From positions 32,001-96,000 of IMG/VR virus record IMGVR_UViG_3300031992_004563: a DNA stretch of 64,000 bases; one strand, 5' to 3'. Source of the DNA: a virus (taxonomy: Duplodnaviria; Heunggongvirae; Uroviricota; Caudoviricetes). The notes under the pieces are model-generated. The model was not told the origin of the DNA, ran no database searches, and saw only the letters and a list, made by a program, of their open reading frames with translations. Made by a program: the position numbers and the translations under genes. Shown here in pieces: positions 40,115 to 48,631 of this stretch (its first letter is position 1; each line of letters begins with the position of its first letter).

Positions 40115-40319
40115 CGCGAATTAGTGTAATATGTGCCCGTAAAATTTCAGATGTACGGTTAACACAACGGCCAATGTTAATTAGTCTGAATGGTGTTCCT
40201 TTAGTATGAAATGTATATACAATGTACAGTGTGTATACAAAGTAAGAAACAGGTTGGGAGGATCAGAGCACGGCACCCGGAGATGGTGTTAGTTACGTGG
40301 AAGTCGTAGTTCGCAACCA
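40115..40319 (+). ncRNA. 205-nt tRNA scaffold with initiator-like acceptor, encoded ACCA and large inserts
   Basis: CGCGAAT/GTTCGCA-ACCA; GTGT/ACAC D stem; TTACG TGGAAGT CGTAG T-like arm. Confidence 0.6.
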
Positions 40320-40793
40320 ATAAATTAATATTCGAGGGTCTACGAGTGAATTAACACGGAGAGCCAAACCAAAAACAACCGAGTAGGTTTGGAGAGAGTA
40401 GAGATGGTGTGGCGTAAGTGGACAGGTTGTAGTTTGTGATATGCCTAGAAGTGGTGGCCTGCTGGAAAATGGTGGCATGTAGAATATTGATTTTTAATTT
40501 TTTAATGTGAAGGATAACACAATAAAACCCTTGTTGCTAACATTCTTGGGCAGGTAATGAAAATGGCTAGGTGTATGACCGGTGACTTGGTGAAATTCCA
40601 ACATTCCTAGTGAAGAAAAATGATTCGCGGTTAATTTTTCTTAAAGGTCATTTTTAAATATAATCACGATACTAAGACGCGTACCGACGGGTCAGTTCCA
40701 GTATTCTGGTATAAAACTCTCATATATGTCCAAATATATTTTGGTGCACCTGAAGTTGGATGAAGAGAGGAACATTAGTATGTGTGGTTTTTT

Positions 40794-40865
40794 GCCCCGG
40801 TGGTGAAATGCATATCACGAGTGACTACGGATCACTTATTCTGGGTTGGAATCCCAGCTGGGGTA
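40794..40865 (+). tRNA. tRNA-Arg(ACG)
   Basis: AGTGA CTACGGA TCACT; T loop TTGGAAT. Confidence 0.87.
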
Positions 40866-40925
40866 CTATAGAAACAAAGTTCATTTAGAGCCTATAATAA
40901 TTAAAATAATAAAACTATATTATAT

Positions 40926-41471
40926 ATGAGAATCGATTCATTAGAAAGCATCTGGAATAACTTGGGGTATGTTATTCAGAAACATAATGATTATAAAAAG
41001 ACTAAGAGAAATCTTAGAAAGCTGGTTTATAATTGTTCTCCAAAACATATGAAAGATGGTTCAATAAAAAACACTTTTATTGAAGTTGGATATCTTTATT
41101 TAACAAGTGCTGTTAAAGATGATTCTCAAGGTTTTGTATGGTTTGATTGTACTGATCATATTAATTATGATGAAGAACATAGAATTATATTCCCAACAAT
41201 GCCTGCACAATTTTGGGATAAATTAGTTGGAAAGCATAATACTAATATTGCTCAACTTTATAATGATAAAACAAAAGAATATTTGCATAAAGATTCTAAT
41301 ATAGAATGGAATATTGTAAAGGGCCAAGCATTATTTACTACAAGGCAAGAAGCAGAGGATTATATTAAACAATGTGAAAATGGTGAAATTGAGCTTCCTG
41401 AATTCTTTTTAAAAGTTGAAAGAGTTATGACTAATCCAACACGAGAAGATTATGAGAACATTGGAAAATAA
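40926..41471 (+). CDS. Hypothetical protein
   Basis: 181-aa ORF. Confidence 0.75.
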   Translation: MRIDSLESIWNNLGYVIQKHNDYKKTKRNLRKLVYNCSPKHMKDGSIKNTFIEVGYLYLTSAVKDDSQGFVWFDCTDHINYDEEHRIIFPTMPAQFWDKLVGKHNTNIAQLYNDKTKEYLHKDSNIEWNIVKGQALFTTRQEAEDYIKQCENGEIELPEFFLKVERVMTNPTREDYENIGK

Positions 41472-41483
41472 ACAACAATAATT

Positions 41484-41723
41484 ATGGAACTTAAAGATAT
41501 TGTAAAAGGCCAAGCCGATTTATCTTGTGTAATTGCAGGAGGAATTGCTGAATATATTTTAACAGATATAAATGGAATCAAATATCAATTGCAAATTAAT
41601 TTGGCAGATAAACATGATGTTGGTGAAACTGCTACATTCCAAACACATTATGATAAAGCAATTATTTTAATGAGATGGATTCGTAGAGCAATTGAAAAAG
41701 ATGAATTAATTAAACTTAATTAA
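41484..41723 (+). CDS. Hypothetical protein
   Basis: KAIILMRWIRRAI C-terminus; operonic. Confidence 0.7.
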   Translation: MELKDIVKGQADLSCVIAGGIAEYILTDINGIKYQLQINLADKHDVGETATFQTHYDKAIILMRWIRRAIEKDELIKLN

Positions 41724-41731
41724 TAATTCTT

Positions 41732-41804
41732 GAGCCGGTAGCTCAGATGGTAGAGCAGCAGACTCTTAATCTGCGGGCCGTGGGTTCGAGTCCCACCCGG
41801 CTCA
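41732..41804 (+). tRNA. tRNA-Lys(CTT)
   Basis: GCAGA CTCTTAA TCTGC. Confidence 0.93.
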
Positions 41805-41809
41805 CAAAT

Positions 41810-41883
41810 GGCGAGGTAGCTCAGTTGGTTAGAGCGCAGCATTCATAATGCTGAGGTCGTGGGATCGTGACCCTCCCTCGCTA
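41810..41883 (+). tRNA. Elongator tRNA-Met(CAT)
   Basis: CAGCA TTCATAA TGCTG; T loop ATCGTGA. Confidence 0.87.
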
Positions 41884-41890
41884 CATAAAT

Positions 41891-41964
41891 ATCCTATTAG
41901 CCCAATCGGTAGAGGCAATAGTTTCAAAAACTATACAGTGTTGGTTCGAATCCAACATGGGATA
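41891..41964 (+). tRNA. tRNA-Leu(CAA) with short variable loop
   Basis: ATAGT TTCAAAA ACTAT; 5-nt variable loop; A73. Confidence 0.82.
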
Positions 41965-42032
41965 CAAAAGATAAATGACATTTATGGTTATTGCACATCC
42001 AAAAAGCATGTATAAAAATAAAAATAAATGTT

Positions 42033-42359
42033 ATGAAGAAGATTTTTTTAATTATGTGTCTTCTATCATCATTTATCTTTTGTAATGCCGAACCTTCGTA
42101 TGAAAGTTCAACAAAAAAGGCAAAAGAATCACGCATAGAAGTGGTGAATGAGAAGACAGTTATTTTCAAAAATGTCGTAAAAATAGAAATAATTACTAAA
42201 GATAAAAATCAAATAACATATGTATATGATTTGAAAAACAGTAAATTAGTAATTGTTGCTAAAGGTGCATTTGAGATTGATACAAAAATGGGTGATTATT
42301 TAGTTCAATCTTCTAAGAAAATAACAAAAACCGAATATGATTTTATTGAAGAAATTTAA
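42033..42359 (+). CDS. Secreted hypothetical protein
   Basis: MKKIFLIMCLLSSFIFCNA signal peptide. Confidence 0.7.
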   Translation: MKKIFLIMCLLSSFIFCNAEPSYESSTKKAKESRIEVVNEKTVIFKNVVKIEIITKDKNQITYVYDLKNSKLVIVAKGAFEIDTKMGDYLVQSSKKITKTEYDFIEEI

Positions 42360-42582
42360 TCATATTTATTTATGTTAAATATAATTAAATATATTTATGA
42401 ATAATTATATTTTTATATTTAACAAAATTTTTGAAATAAATATAAAAAGAAAATAATTTTTAAGAGGTGGTATCCTTAAAAACTATTTTTAGAAATATAA
42501 GTTATAATTATAAAGCATTTTAATGTTTTATTATACAAGATACCACTTTTAAGTATAATAATCATTTTAATGCTTTTATTTT

Positions 42583-43791
42583 ATGAAGTTAGTTGAACAA
42601 CATATTATAAAATCTAATCATTAGTTTTACAAAGAACTTGATAATTTATGCTTTTTATCTAAGAATCTATATAATCAAGCTCTTTATAGGATTAGACAAT
42701 AGTTTTTTGAAGATAAAACTTTTAAAAATTATTATGATTTAAATAGAGAGCTTCATGATGAAAACTAGATAGACTATAGATCACTTCCATCTAATACATC
42801 ACAAGAAACATTAAAACTAGTTAACCAAAATTATAAATCATTTTTCTAGAGTTTAAACAAACAAATTAAAGGCGTTAAAATTCCTAAATATTTAGATAAA
42901 ATTAAAGGAAGATAGATAGTTGTTTATAATTATTCAACAATATGTGGAAAAAAAGATTTAGGATTTTTTAAAATTCCAAAAACTAATTTACAATTTAAAA
43001 CTAAATAGAAAAATATTAAGCAAGTTAGAATAGTTCCTAAAAATAATTATATAGTTTTAGAAGTTATTTATGAAGCTTCTATCAAAGAATTATTAAAAGA
43101 TAATAAAAGATATATGTCTATTGATTTAGGAATTGATAATTTAGCTAGTTGTTCTAGTAATGTAACTAAATCTTTTATAATCAATGGAAAACCTGCCAAA
43201 TCAATAAATCAATATTATAATAAAAAGAAAGCTAATCTTCAATCTGAATTAAAACTTAAACAAAATAAAAATACATCAAAGCAAATATAGAATTTAACTT
43301 TAAAGAGAAACAATAAAATAAAAGATTATTTTCATAAAGCATCCAGATATATTGTTAATCAATTAGTTAACCAATCCATTAATACACTTATAATAGGAAA
43401 GAATGATGGATGGAAACAAGAGACAAATCTAGGTGTTGTTAATAATCAAAATTTTGTAAATATTCCTCATTAGATGTTTATAAATCAACTAAAATATAAA
43501 TGTCAATTAGAAGGAATAAATGTCATTGAACAAGAAGAAAGTTATACTAGCAAAGTAAGTTTTTTTGATAATGACTATATTCCAACTTATAAACAAAATG
43601 ATGAACTATTTAATCCATCTGGAAAAAGAATCAAAAGAGGTTTATATAAAACTAAAAATAATTTATTAATTAATGCTGATATAAATGGTTCATTAAACAT
43701 AATGAGAAAATATTTAAATGTAGTTTGTGATGACTTAATTAGTTTAACAAATAGAGGGTTTGTGATTAATCCAGTTAAAATTTAGTTTTAA
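42583..43791 (+). CDS. tnpB: IS200/IS605-family TnpB, 402 aa with TAG=Gln
   Basis: MKLVEQHII..SKNLYN; MSIDLGIDNL; IIGKNDGWKQ; QEESYTSK; GKRIKRGLY; INADING; several in-frame TAG. Confidence 0.9.
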
Positions 43792-43854
43792 CAAATAAAA
43801 ACTTGTGAATAGTTTTTAATATCATTTGATTCCAAATGTATCAGAAATTTATAA

Positions 43855-44028
43855 GAATTTATGCAGTCCATCGCGCCCATTCCAAAAGATATAAGAGGTG
43901 AGGAAGTTCAGGACACTTATTTGGAAGTGAAAGTCTAAGTATAGGAGGTTACCCAAATTACTGCCCCATGGTAAGACGAATAGTTAAATGATGGAAATAG
44001 GTACAGAATCCTGGCTATTACATAATTC
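43855..44028 (+). ncRNA. rnpB: Minimal RNase P RNA (catalytic core, specificity domain reduced to one hairpin)
   Basis: GAGGAAGTTCAGGA (43900-43913) pairs with ACAGAATCCTGGCTA (44003-44017) as P4; CCATC/GATGG as P2; GAATTTATG/CATAATTC as P1. Confidence 0.75.
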
Positions 44029-44060
44029 ATATATTTAATAAAAATAAATGTTTAATAATT

Positions 44061-44129
44061 ATGATACCAACATTAACAGTTTACATGCTAATTGCTATAC
44101 CTATTATCTATATAGCAATTAAAAAATAA
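44061..44129 (+). CDS. 22-aa hydrophobic peptide
   Basis: MIPTLTVYMLIAIPIIYIAIKK; single TM with basic tail. Confidence 0.4.
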   Translation: MIPTLTVYMLIAIPIIYIAIKK

Positions 44130-44197
44130 ATAAAATGGTGTTATAATTAAAATTTACAACACCATTTATTTTTATTTAAAATTAAAACCTAAACACA

Positions 44198-44596
44198 ATG
44201 AATTACAACATTCAAGAAAAGAAACACTATTTCATTGTAAATGGCGTTAAAGTTCATTGGAATTTTAAATTATTGCCTAAAGGTTTTGAAGCAATAACAT
44301 TATTTGGGCATGTTTATGATGTTCATCCAAAAAATGAATTAAAAACATTTTTAGAAACCTATTGGGGAAGAGTAATGGTTAATCATGAAAGAATTCATAT
44401 AATGCAAGCCGAATCTTTTAAACTTAGATATTTTGCATTTTATATAATATATCTATGGTGGTGGATAAAAGGTTTGTTTAAATATAATTTTAGTAATTTT
44501 GAATCATACTATAAAATTCCATTTGAAAGAGAAGCTTATCATAATGAAAAAGATTTTTATTATGATGAAGTACATTGGAAAGAATTTAAATGGTGA
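44198..44596 (+). CDS. HExxH-containing hypothetical protein
   Basis: AITLFG, NHERIHIMQ, PFEREAY. Confidence 0.75.
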   Translation: MNYNIQEKKHYFIVNGVKVHWNFKLLPKGFEAITLFGHVYDVHPKNELKTFLETYWGRVMVNHERIHIMQAESFKLRYFAFYIIYLWWWIKGLFKYNFSNFESYYKIPFEREAYHNEKDFYYDEVHWKEFKW

Positions 44597-44640
44597 TTTT
44601 TGTAATGGTCTTTACAAAAATGATCATTTATTTTTTATTT

Positions 44641-44715
44641 GCGGGTGTAGCTCAGTTAGCTTAGAGCGTCTGACTTCCAATCAGAAGGCCCTGGGTTGAA
44701 GTCCCAGTACCCGCA
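44641..44715 (+). tRNA. tRNA-Gly(TCC)
   Basis: TCTGA CTTCCAA TCAGA; T loop TTGAAGT. Confidence 0.88.
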
Positions 44716-44800
44716 CGAATGTTAAGGTAGCGCCTTAACTAGTTGCAGTTATGAGATCGCGGAATCTGCAATGAATAAAAATAATAAAAGCCGCGTACAT

Positions 44801-44886
44801 GTCTCCGTAGCTCAGTTGGTTCCGCAAGGCTTGAGAGCACCCGCCTTTTAAGCGGGGGGTCGTGGGTTCGAATCCCACCGGGGACA
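44801..44886 (+). tRNA. tRNA-Lys(TTT) with hairpin insert in D loop
   Basis: CCCGC CTTTTAA GCGGG; D loop contains CCGCAAGG. Confidence 0.85.
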
Positions 44887-45189
44887 CAAAAATCCAATTT
44901 AATTTGGTTGACTAAATTTCAATAAGAAATTCGCTACAAACACATAGCGTTACGATTGCTGTTTGACTTGAATATTCAAAACGAATATTAGATTTGTTAA
45001 TTAGATTAAATTAACACTATTTAGGACTATATTAGATTGCTATGAAAAATGAGTGATTCTAATGATATGGCGAGGAGTCCTTCACGAGGTCAGTGTTTTA
45101 GAGCCATATCTTATTTTTAATCTCAATACGCAAGTATATGAAAAAGGAGACTGGAATGAGTCTCCTTTATTTTTTATTTTTATTAAATT

Positions 45190-45238
45190 AACTTCTATTT
45201 TTTAGATTACATAAAAAATTATAATTTTGTATCGTTAA
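45190..45238 (+). promoter_or_regulatory. Class A promoter
   Basis: AACTTCTATTTTTTAGATT...TAATTTTGTATCGTTAA. Confidence 0.78.
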
Positions 45239-45257
45239 TTTAAAAAAGATAAAAATT

Positions 45258-45446
45258 ATGGCATTTATCAAAAATGAAAGTCCAAAAATTGGCGATTGGG
45301 TAATCACACAGAAATCACACTCTGCATGTGCTGGTACAATGACTAAAGGCAGTCGTGTAAAAATCACTGACGTTGATCCAATGAGAGGTTATTCAATTGT
45401 TGATGAGGAAGGAAATCGTCTTTGTGAAATTGGGTGGATAATTTAA
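45258..45446 (+). CDS. Small hypothetical protein
   Basis: First ORF after promoter. Confidence 0.65.
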   Translation: MAFIKNESPKIGDWVITQKSHSACAGTMTKGSRVKITDVDPMRGYSIVDEEGNRLCEIGWII

Positions 45447-45457
45447 AACATAAAATT

Positions 45458-45658
45458 ATGGAAGGTTGGTTAGCACGAGATAAATCTGGTTCTTTATGTT
45501 TTTATATATATGAACCATATAAGTCAGCTGCTGGTTTTTGGAAGCCAGTTGAGGATGAACCATTAGGAAACCAAGTAGATGAATGTGAAGCATCTAAAAA
45601 TATTAAATGGGAAGATAATCGAGCCACTCATGTAAAAGTTAATTTTGAAATTTTGTAA
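45458..45658 (+). CDS. Small hypothetical protein
   Basis: MEGWLARDKSGSL. Confidence 0.65.
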   Translation: MEGWLARDKSGSLCFYIYEPYKSAAGFWKPVEDEPLGNQVDECEASKNIKWEDNRATHVKVNFEIL

Positions 45659-45662
45659 TAAT

Positions 45663-45848
45663 ATGAAAACATCTATTAGAAAAAATGCATATGCTGTTCC
45701 AAGTGGAAGTTGGGATATCGCTGAACGAGTTCATGTTTCCGGAAAACATGGACGTGATAGAAAACAACATTATCTTTCCAAACAAGCGCGTTTGGCTGTT
45801 AAAAATGGAAAGGTTGATGGTGTTGATCTTAAAAATATTGAGGAGTAA
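45663..45848 (+). CDS. Small basic protein
   Basis: Operonic ORF. Confidence 0.6.
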   Translation: MKTSIRKNAYAVPSGSWDIAERVHVSGKHGRDRKQHYLSKQARLAVKNGKVDGVDLKNIEE

Positions 45849-45872
45849 ATAACTACAAAATAAATTTTAAAA

Positions 45873-46100
45873 ATGGATTCAAAACGACAACAAGAAATTA
45901 AAAATGAAATGGCAGGCCGAATAATTGATGCCTGTGGTAGCACCGGGGTTTTAGCGGCAGTGGATAACGATAAACTGGAAGGCGATGTTAAAGTTCGTCA
46001 TCAGAAAGCTATGGCAGAAGCTAAAAAGCTTACCGGTCGAAAGAAACGAATTGATCCTAATGTTCAAGCAATATTTGCACGAATGTATGGATTAATTTAA
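45873..46100 (+). CDS. Small hypothetical protein
   Basis: Operonic ORF. Confidence 0.65.
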   Translation: MDSKRQQEIKNEMAGRIIDACGSTGVLAAVDNDKLEGDVKVRHQKAMAEAKKLTGRKKRIDPNVQAIFARMYGLI

Positions 46101-46221
46101 AGCAAAGTAGACTTTTTCAGAAAATAGTCTATAATAAATAATAAGAATTAATTTTGTATAAGGTTTATTCAAAAGGTTGAATTTATATACCTTACAAAAT
46201 TTATTTTGATCTTTGATTTAT

Positions 46222-46309
46222 GGCGCGGTGGTGGAATTGGTATACACGAGGGACTTAAAATCCCTTGGGGGCCTATTGCTCCTTGAGAGTTCGAGTCTCT
46301 CCCGCGCTA
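46222..46309 (+). tRNA. tRNA-Leu(TAA)
   Basis: AGGGA CTTAAAA TCCCT; long variable arm. Confidence 0.92.
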
Positions 46310-46404
46310 CAATCATTAAAAGCTAGATGATTAATTTCATCTAGCTTTTTTCATTAAACTATCTTTTATTTTTTTCATATAATATAAAAATTAATTTTAT
46401 ATTT

Positions 46405-46788
46405 ATGGATAGTTTAAAAGAAACTTTTGAAAAACACGGAATTTCTGCTAAAGAATTTGATGATTTTTTAAAAGGCAGATTGAATTTAGAAGTTATTAAA
46501 GATTTGAAAACATGTTGGGATAAACACGCATTAAGTTTTTATACTAAAAAGACATATAATGATTTTGAAGAATGCGTAAGAAATGCTCTAAATAGAATAG
46601 GATTAGGAGAGCATTCATTTGGTGTTGTTTGTGATGAAAGAAATAATCCGCCTGAAATTATAGATAGTCAAAAATTACGAGTGGCAATTAGATTTTGCGC
46701 ATTAATATATGGGTCATTTTATGAAACAGAATACACATTGCCAGATGCATTTGAACAATTAGAACTTAAAAAACATTTATTGGTATGA
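46405..46788 (+). CDS. Hypothetical protein
   Basis: 127-aa ORF. Confidence 0.65.
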   Translation: MDSLKETFEKHGISAKEFDDFLKGRLNLEVIKDLKTCWDKHALSFYTKKTYNDFEECVRNALNRIGLGEHSFGVVCDERNNPPEIIDSQKLRVAIRFCALIYGSFYETEYTLPDAFEQLELKKHLLV

Positions 46789-46936
46789 GAGGAGTTATTA
46801 CATTAACACAAGATGAGATTAAGAAGTTATATAAAACTATTAAAAAATGGAATGACCCATCTGCATTATTAAAATACTCTTCAGACAAAATAGAAATATT
46901 AATTGAAGATTTAGAAAATTATAAAACACATAAATT

Positions 46937-47272
46937 ATGAAATATAGAAAAAAACCTGTTATTATAGAAGCATTACAATGGAATTGTGATATGCTGCATA
47001 TAGATGAAATGATACATTTTTTAGGTTATTCTGATGATCTAAAATTTACATTTGAAAATGAGTATGAAATTGATACACCAACATTTAAAATGAAATTATG
47101 GCCAGATCCAGAATATACAAGTTTTAATAATGAAGTTACTTTAGATATTAAAACGCTTGAAGGATTAATGCATGTTAGCAAAGGTGACTATGTAATTAAA
47201 GGTGTAGAAGGAGAATATTATCCTTGTAAACCAGACATTTTTGAGAAAACATACGAAAAAGTTGATGAGTAA
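46937..47272 (+). CDS. Conserved phage protein (PGDYG-like)
   Basis: YRKKPVIIEALQW; TLEG; GDYVIKGVEGEYYPCKPDIFEKTY. Confidence 0.85.
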   Translation: MKYRKKPVIIEALQWNCDMLHIDEMIHFLGYSDDLKFTFENEYEIDTPTFKMKLWPDPEYTSFNNEVTLDIKTLEGLMHVSKGDYVIKGVEGEYYPCKPDIFEKTYEKVDE

Positions 47273-47747
47273 TAAACCAACAAATATTATTGATCGTGCT
47301 GACGAATATAGAGAATTATGGAGAACTAATCGTCAACAAGGATTTAGATTTGCCAGATTAGATTATGAAGATTTCAATTATTTTTTGAAAAAATCTGATT
47401 TAATAATGTGCAAAAGAAATAGTTTTAGAAAGAATAGTGAATTTTATGTATTAACATATGGATATGATAATTCTGGTGATATTCTTGCTGCAGCATGTGT
47501 TATTGAAAACCCTGAGCCAAGGAAACTATTTATAAAACTATTTGAAGTCTCTCCAAGTTTTTATAGGCAAGGCCTTGGAACTGATTTATTTACATGTATA
47601 AAGGATTTTAATCATGATAGATGGTACTATTGCACGTATGAATTAGAATCTCTTGATGATGAATCAACTGAATTTTGGAAAAAACTTGGGTTTAAAGAGT
47701 TTGTAAATGAAGAGGGTGAAATATTAATGTCAAAAACAACTGTATGA
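47265..47747 (+). CDS. GNAT acetyltransferase
   Basis: FEV...RQGLGT; FWKKLGF. Confidence 0.8.
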   Translation: MSNKPTNIIDRADEYRELWRTNRQQGFRFARLDYEDFNYFLKKSDLIMCKRNSFRKNSEFYVLTYGYDNSGDILAAACVIENPEPRKLFIKLFEVSPSFYRQGLGTDLFTCIKDFNHDRWYYCTYELESLDDESTEFWKKLGFKEFVNEEGEILMSKTTV

Positions 47748-47965
47748 TAAAATGTGATTTATATTTACATGGAAGCAAAAAGTTTATAATAACTTTGTCA
47801 TTTTATGAAATTCCAAAAGTTAATGAATCAATTCATTTGGATGGATTTAATATGTATTATGTTACTGAAGTTAGACATGTATTTAGTTGTAAATATATTA
47901 ATAGTAACACAATTGAAACAATTACTGATGAAAGTGAAATACAAATATTTGTAAAAGAATTATGA
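47744..47965 (+). CDS. Hypothetical protein
   Basis: ATGA-coupled ORF. Confidence 0.6.
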   Translation: MIKCDLYLHGSKKFIITLSFYEIPKVNESIHLDGFNMYYVTEVRHVFSCKYINSNTIETITDESEIQIFVKEL

Positions 47966-48342
47966 AGAAATTTATTATAGCTATAGATTTTGATGGTGTA
48001 ATTGCGCAAATTAACAAAGATTGGGTACCAGGTACACCAAACTATCCAGGACCACTTGTTGAAGATGCAGCAAAATATATTCGTCAATTACATAAAGATG
48101 GGCACCAAATAATTATTTGGACATGCCGTGGAGGACAAAATCTTTATTTAGCAGAACAATTCCTTGATGAACATAATATTCCATATGATAGAATCAATGA
48201 TAATGTTGATGGGTTTTATGATAGATTTAAACATAACACAAGAAAGGTTCATGCTGATATTTATATTGATGATAATCAGATAGGAGGCCTTCCTTCATGG
48301 GCAGAAATGTATGAAATAATAACAAATAAAAGTAAACAATAA
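47962..48342 (+). CDS. HAD-superfamily phosphatase (cap-less)
   Basis: IAIDFDGVI; IWTCR; RKVHADIYIDD. Confidence 0.88.
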   Translation: MKKFIIAIDFDGVIAQINKDWVPGTPNYPGPLVEDAAKYIRQLHKDGHQIIIWTCRGGQNLYLAEQFLDEHNIPYDRINDNVDGFYDRFKHNTRKVHADIYIDDNQIGGLPSWAEMYEIITNKSKQ

Positions 48343-48343
48343 T

Positions 48344-48616
48344 ATGAGAATAAAAGATTGTAAACATTATGCAGTTGTTAATATTTTTACTGCAACATCT
48401 GTTCTACAAGAACAAATTATGCGTGATGAACCATTTAATGAAGAGGCCGATGTATATGAAGAGAATGAACAGCCTGGGCTTAATGGCCATCAATTAACAT
48501 ATATTGGTTATATAAACATTAAGAATTCTTTTAATTTTTTTAAAAGTGAGCCAAATTCTTTTAAATTACATATTTTTGTAGATAATTATTGGGGTGTTTC
48601 ATCTGGTGAAAAATGA
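48344..48616 (+). CDS. Hypothetical protein
   Basis: Operonic ORF. Confidence 0.6.
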   Translation: MRIKDCKHYAVVNIFTATSVLQEQIMRDEPFNEEADVYEENEQPGLNGHQLTYIGYINIKNSFNFFKSEPNSFKLHIFVDNYWGVSSGEK

Positions 48617-48631
48617 TTATGAAATTTAATT

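Noticed and set aside
27450-40478. Short track ORFs in the tRNA/ncRNA region (e.g. 29167, 29465, 32170, 34618, 35755, 38096, 39045, 39672)
   Set aside because: They overlap tRNAs or structured RNAs, are often antisense, and have no recognisable protein features.
14069-46309. Amber suppressor tRNA (CTA anticodon)
   Set aside because: Looked for because of TAG recoding, but none was found. Leu(TAG) at 39388 reads CTA codons and is not a suppressor.
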